Origin: Octopus sinensis
Taxonomy: Eukaryota
Assembly (NCBI RefSeq): GCF_006345805.1
Contig: NC_043003.1
Span: 24,428,001 to 24,492,000, forward strand
Length of the DNA: 64,000 nucleotides
Direction of reading: 5' to 3'
In this document: positions 63,793 to 64,000 of the stretch, one piece after another
How positions within the stretch are numbered: position 1 is the first letter of the stretch
Layout of the letters: every line of letters begins with the position of its first letter
The notes under the pieces: model-generated
What the model saw: the letters and a program-made list of their open reading frames with translations, nothing else
What the model was told of the DNA's origin: nothing
Databases searched by the model: none
Translations under genes and position numbers: made by a program

Positions 63793-64000
63793 CTAAGAAA
63801 GAAATAAAAAATAAATAAAAAACAGAAAAAGCAAAAAAAAAAAAACAAAAAACAGAGTAGATAAATAAATAAATAGTTCTTTGTAAGTGTGGCACAAGGC
63901 CAGCAACTTAGGAGAGAGGAGGTAAGTTGATTACACTGACCCCAGTATCTGACAGGTGGTTTAGTTTATTGACCTTGAAAGGATGAGAGGCAAAGTCAAC

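Noticed and set aside
57819-63796. Plus-strand ORFs overlapping the gene exons (57819-58349, 60792-61184, 63515-63796)
   Set aside because: Antisense open frames produced by stop-poor repetitive codons.

Overview
Repeat-dominated eukaryotic DNA, most likely from an octopus or other coleoid cephalopod (inferred from the SINE families and extreme microsatellite load), with one 100-N assembly gap at 14504-14603. The only host gene I can support is the 3' end of a minus-strand gene: four GT-AG exons at 63792-63370, 61180-60572, 60165-60000 and 58205-57901. They splice in frame into a 500-aa low-complexity C-terminus ending in a K/H-rich KKKKKKNKHKHKHRHKD tail, tentatively TAF2. The other ~57 kb is a transposon graveyard. 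It holds at least four tRNA-derived SINE families, LINE fragments (CR1, RTE, R4/Dong), Tc1/mariner, pogo and piggyBac remnants, MITEs, Helitron/Helentron-type elements, and Penelope-like termini with minimal hammerhead cores. The most notable observations are: (1) two foldback elements with GG termini and exact 8-bp TSDs, one with ~610-bp modular arms and one enclosing a CR1 RT; (2) an ORF1-only retroposon whose 3' end matches a SINE tail; (3) multimeric SINEs with a recurrent junction; (4) modular head/tail swapping among SINEs; (5) palindromic (AT)n-embedded elements with hammerhead motifs; (6) apparent CpG decay confined to the gene-proximal ~10 kb. All family assignments come from motif recognition by eye; no database search was run.
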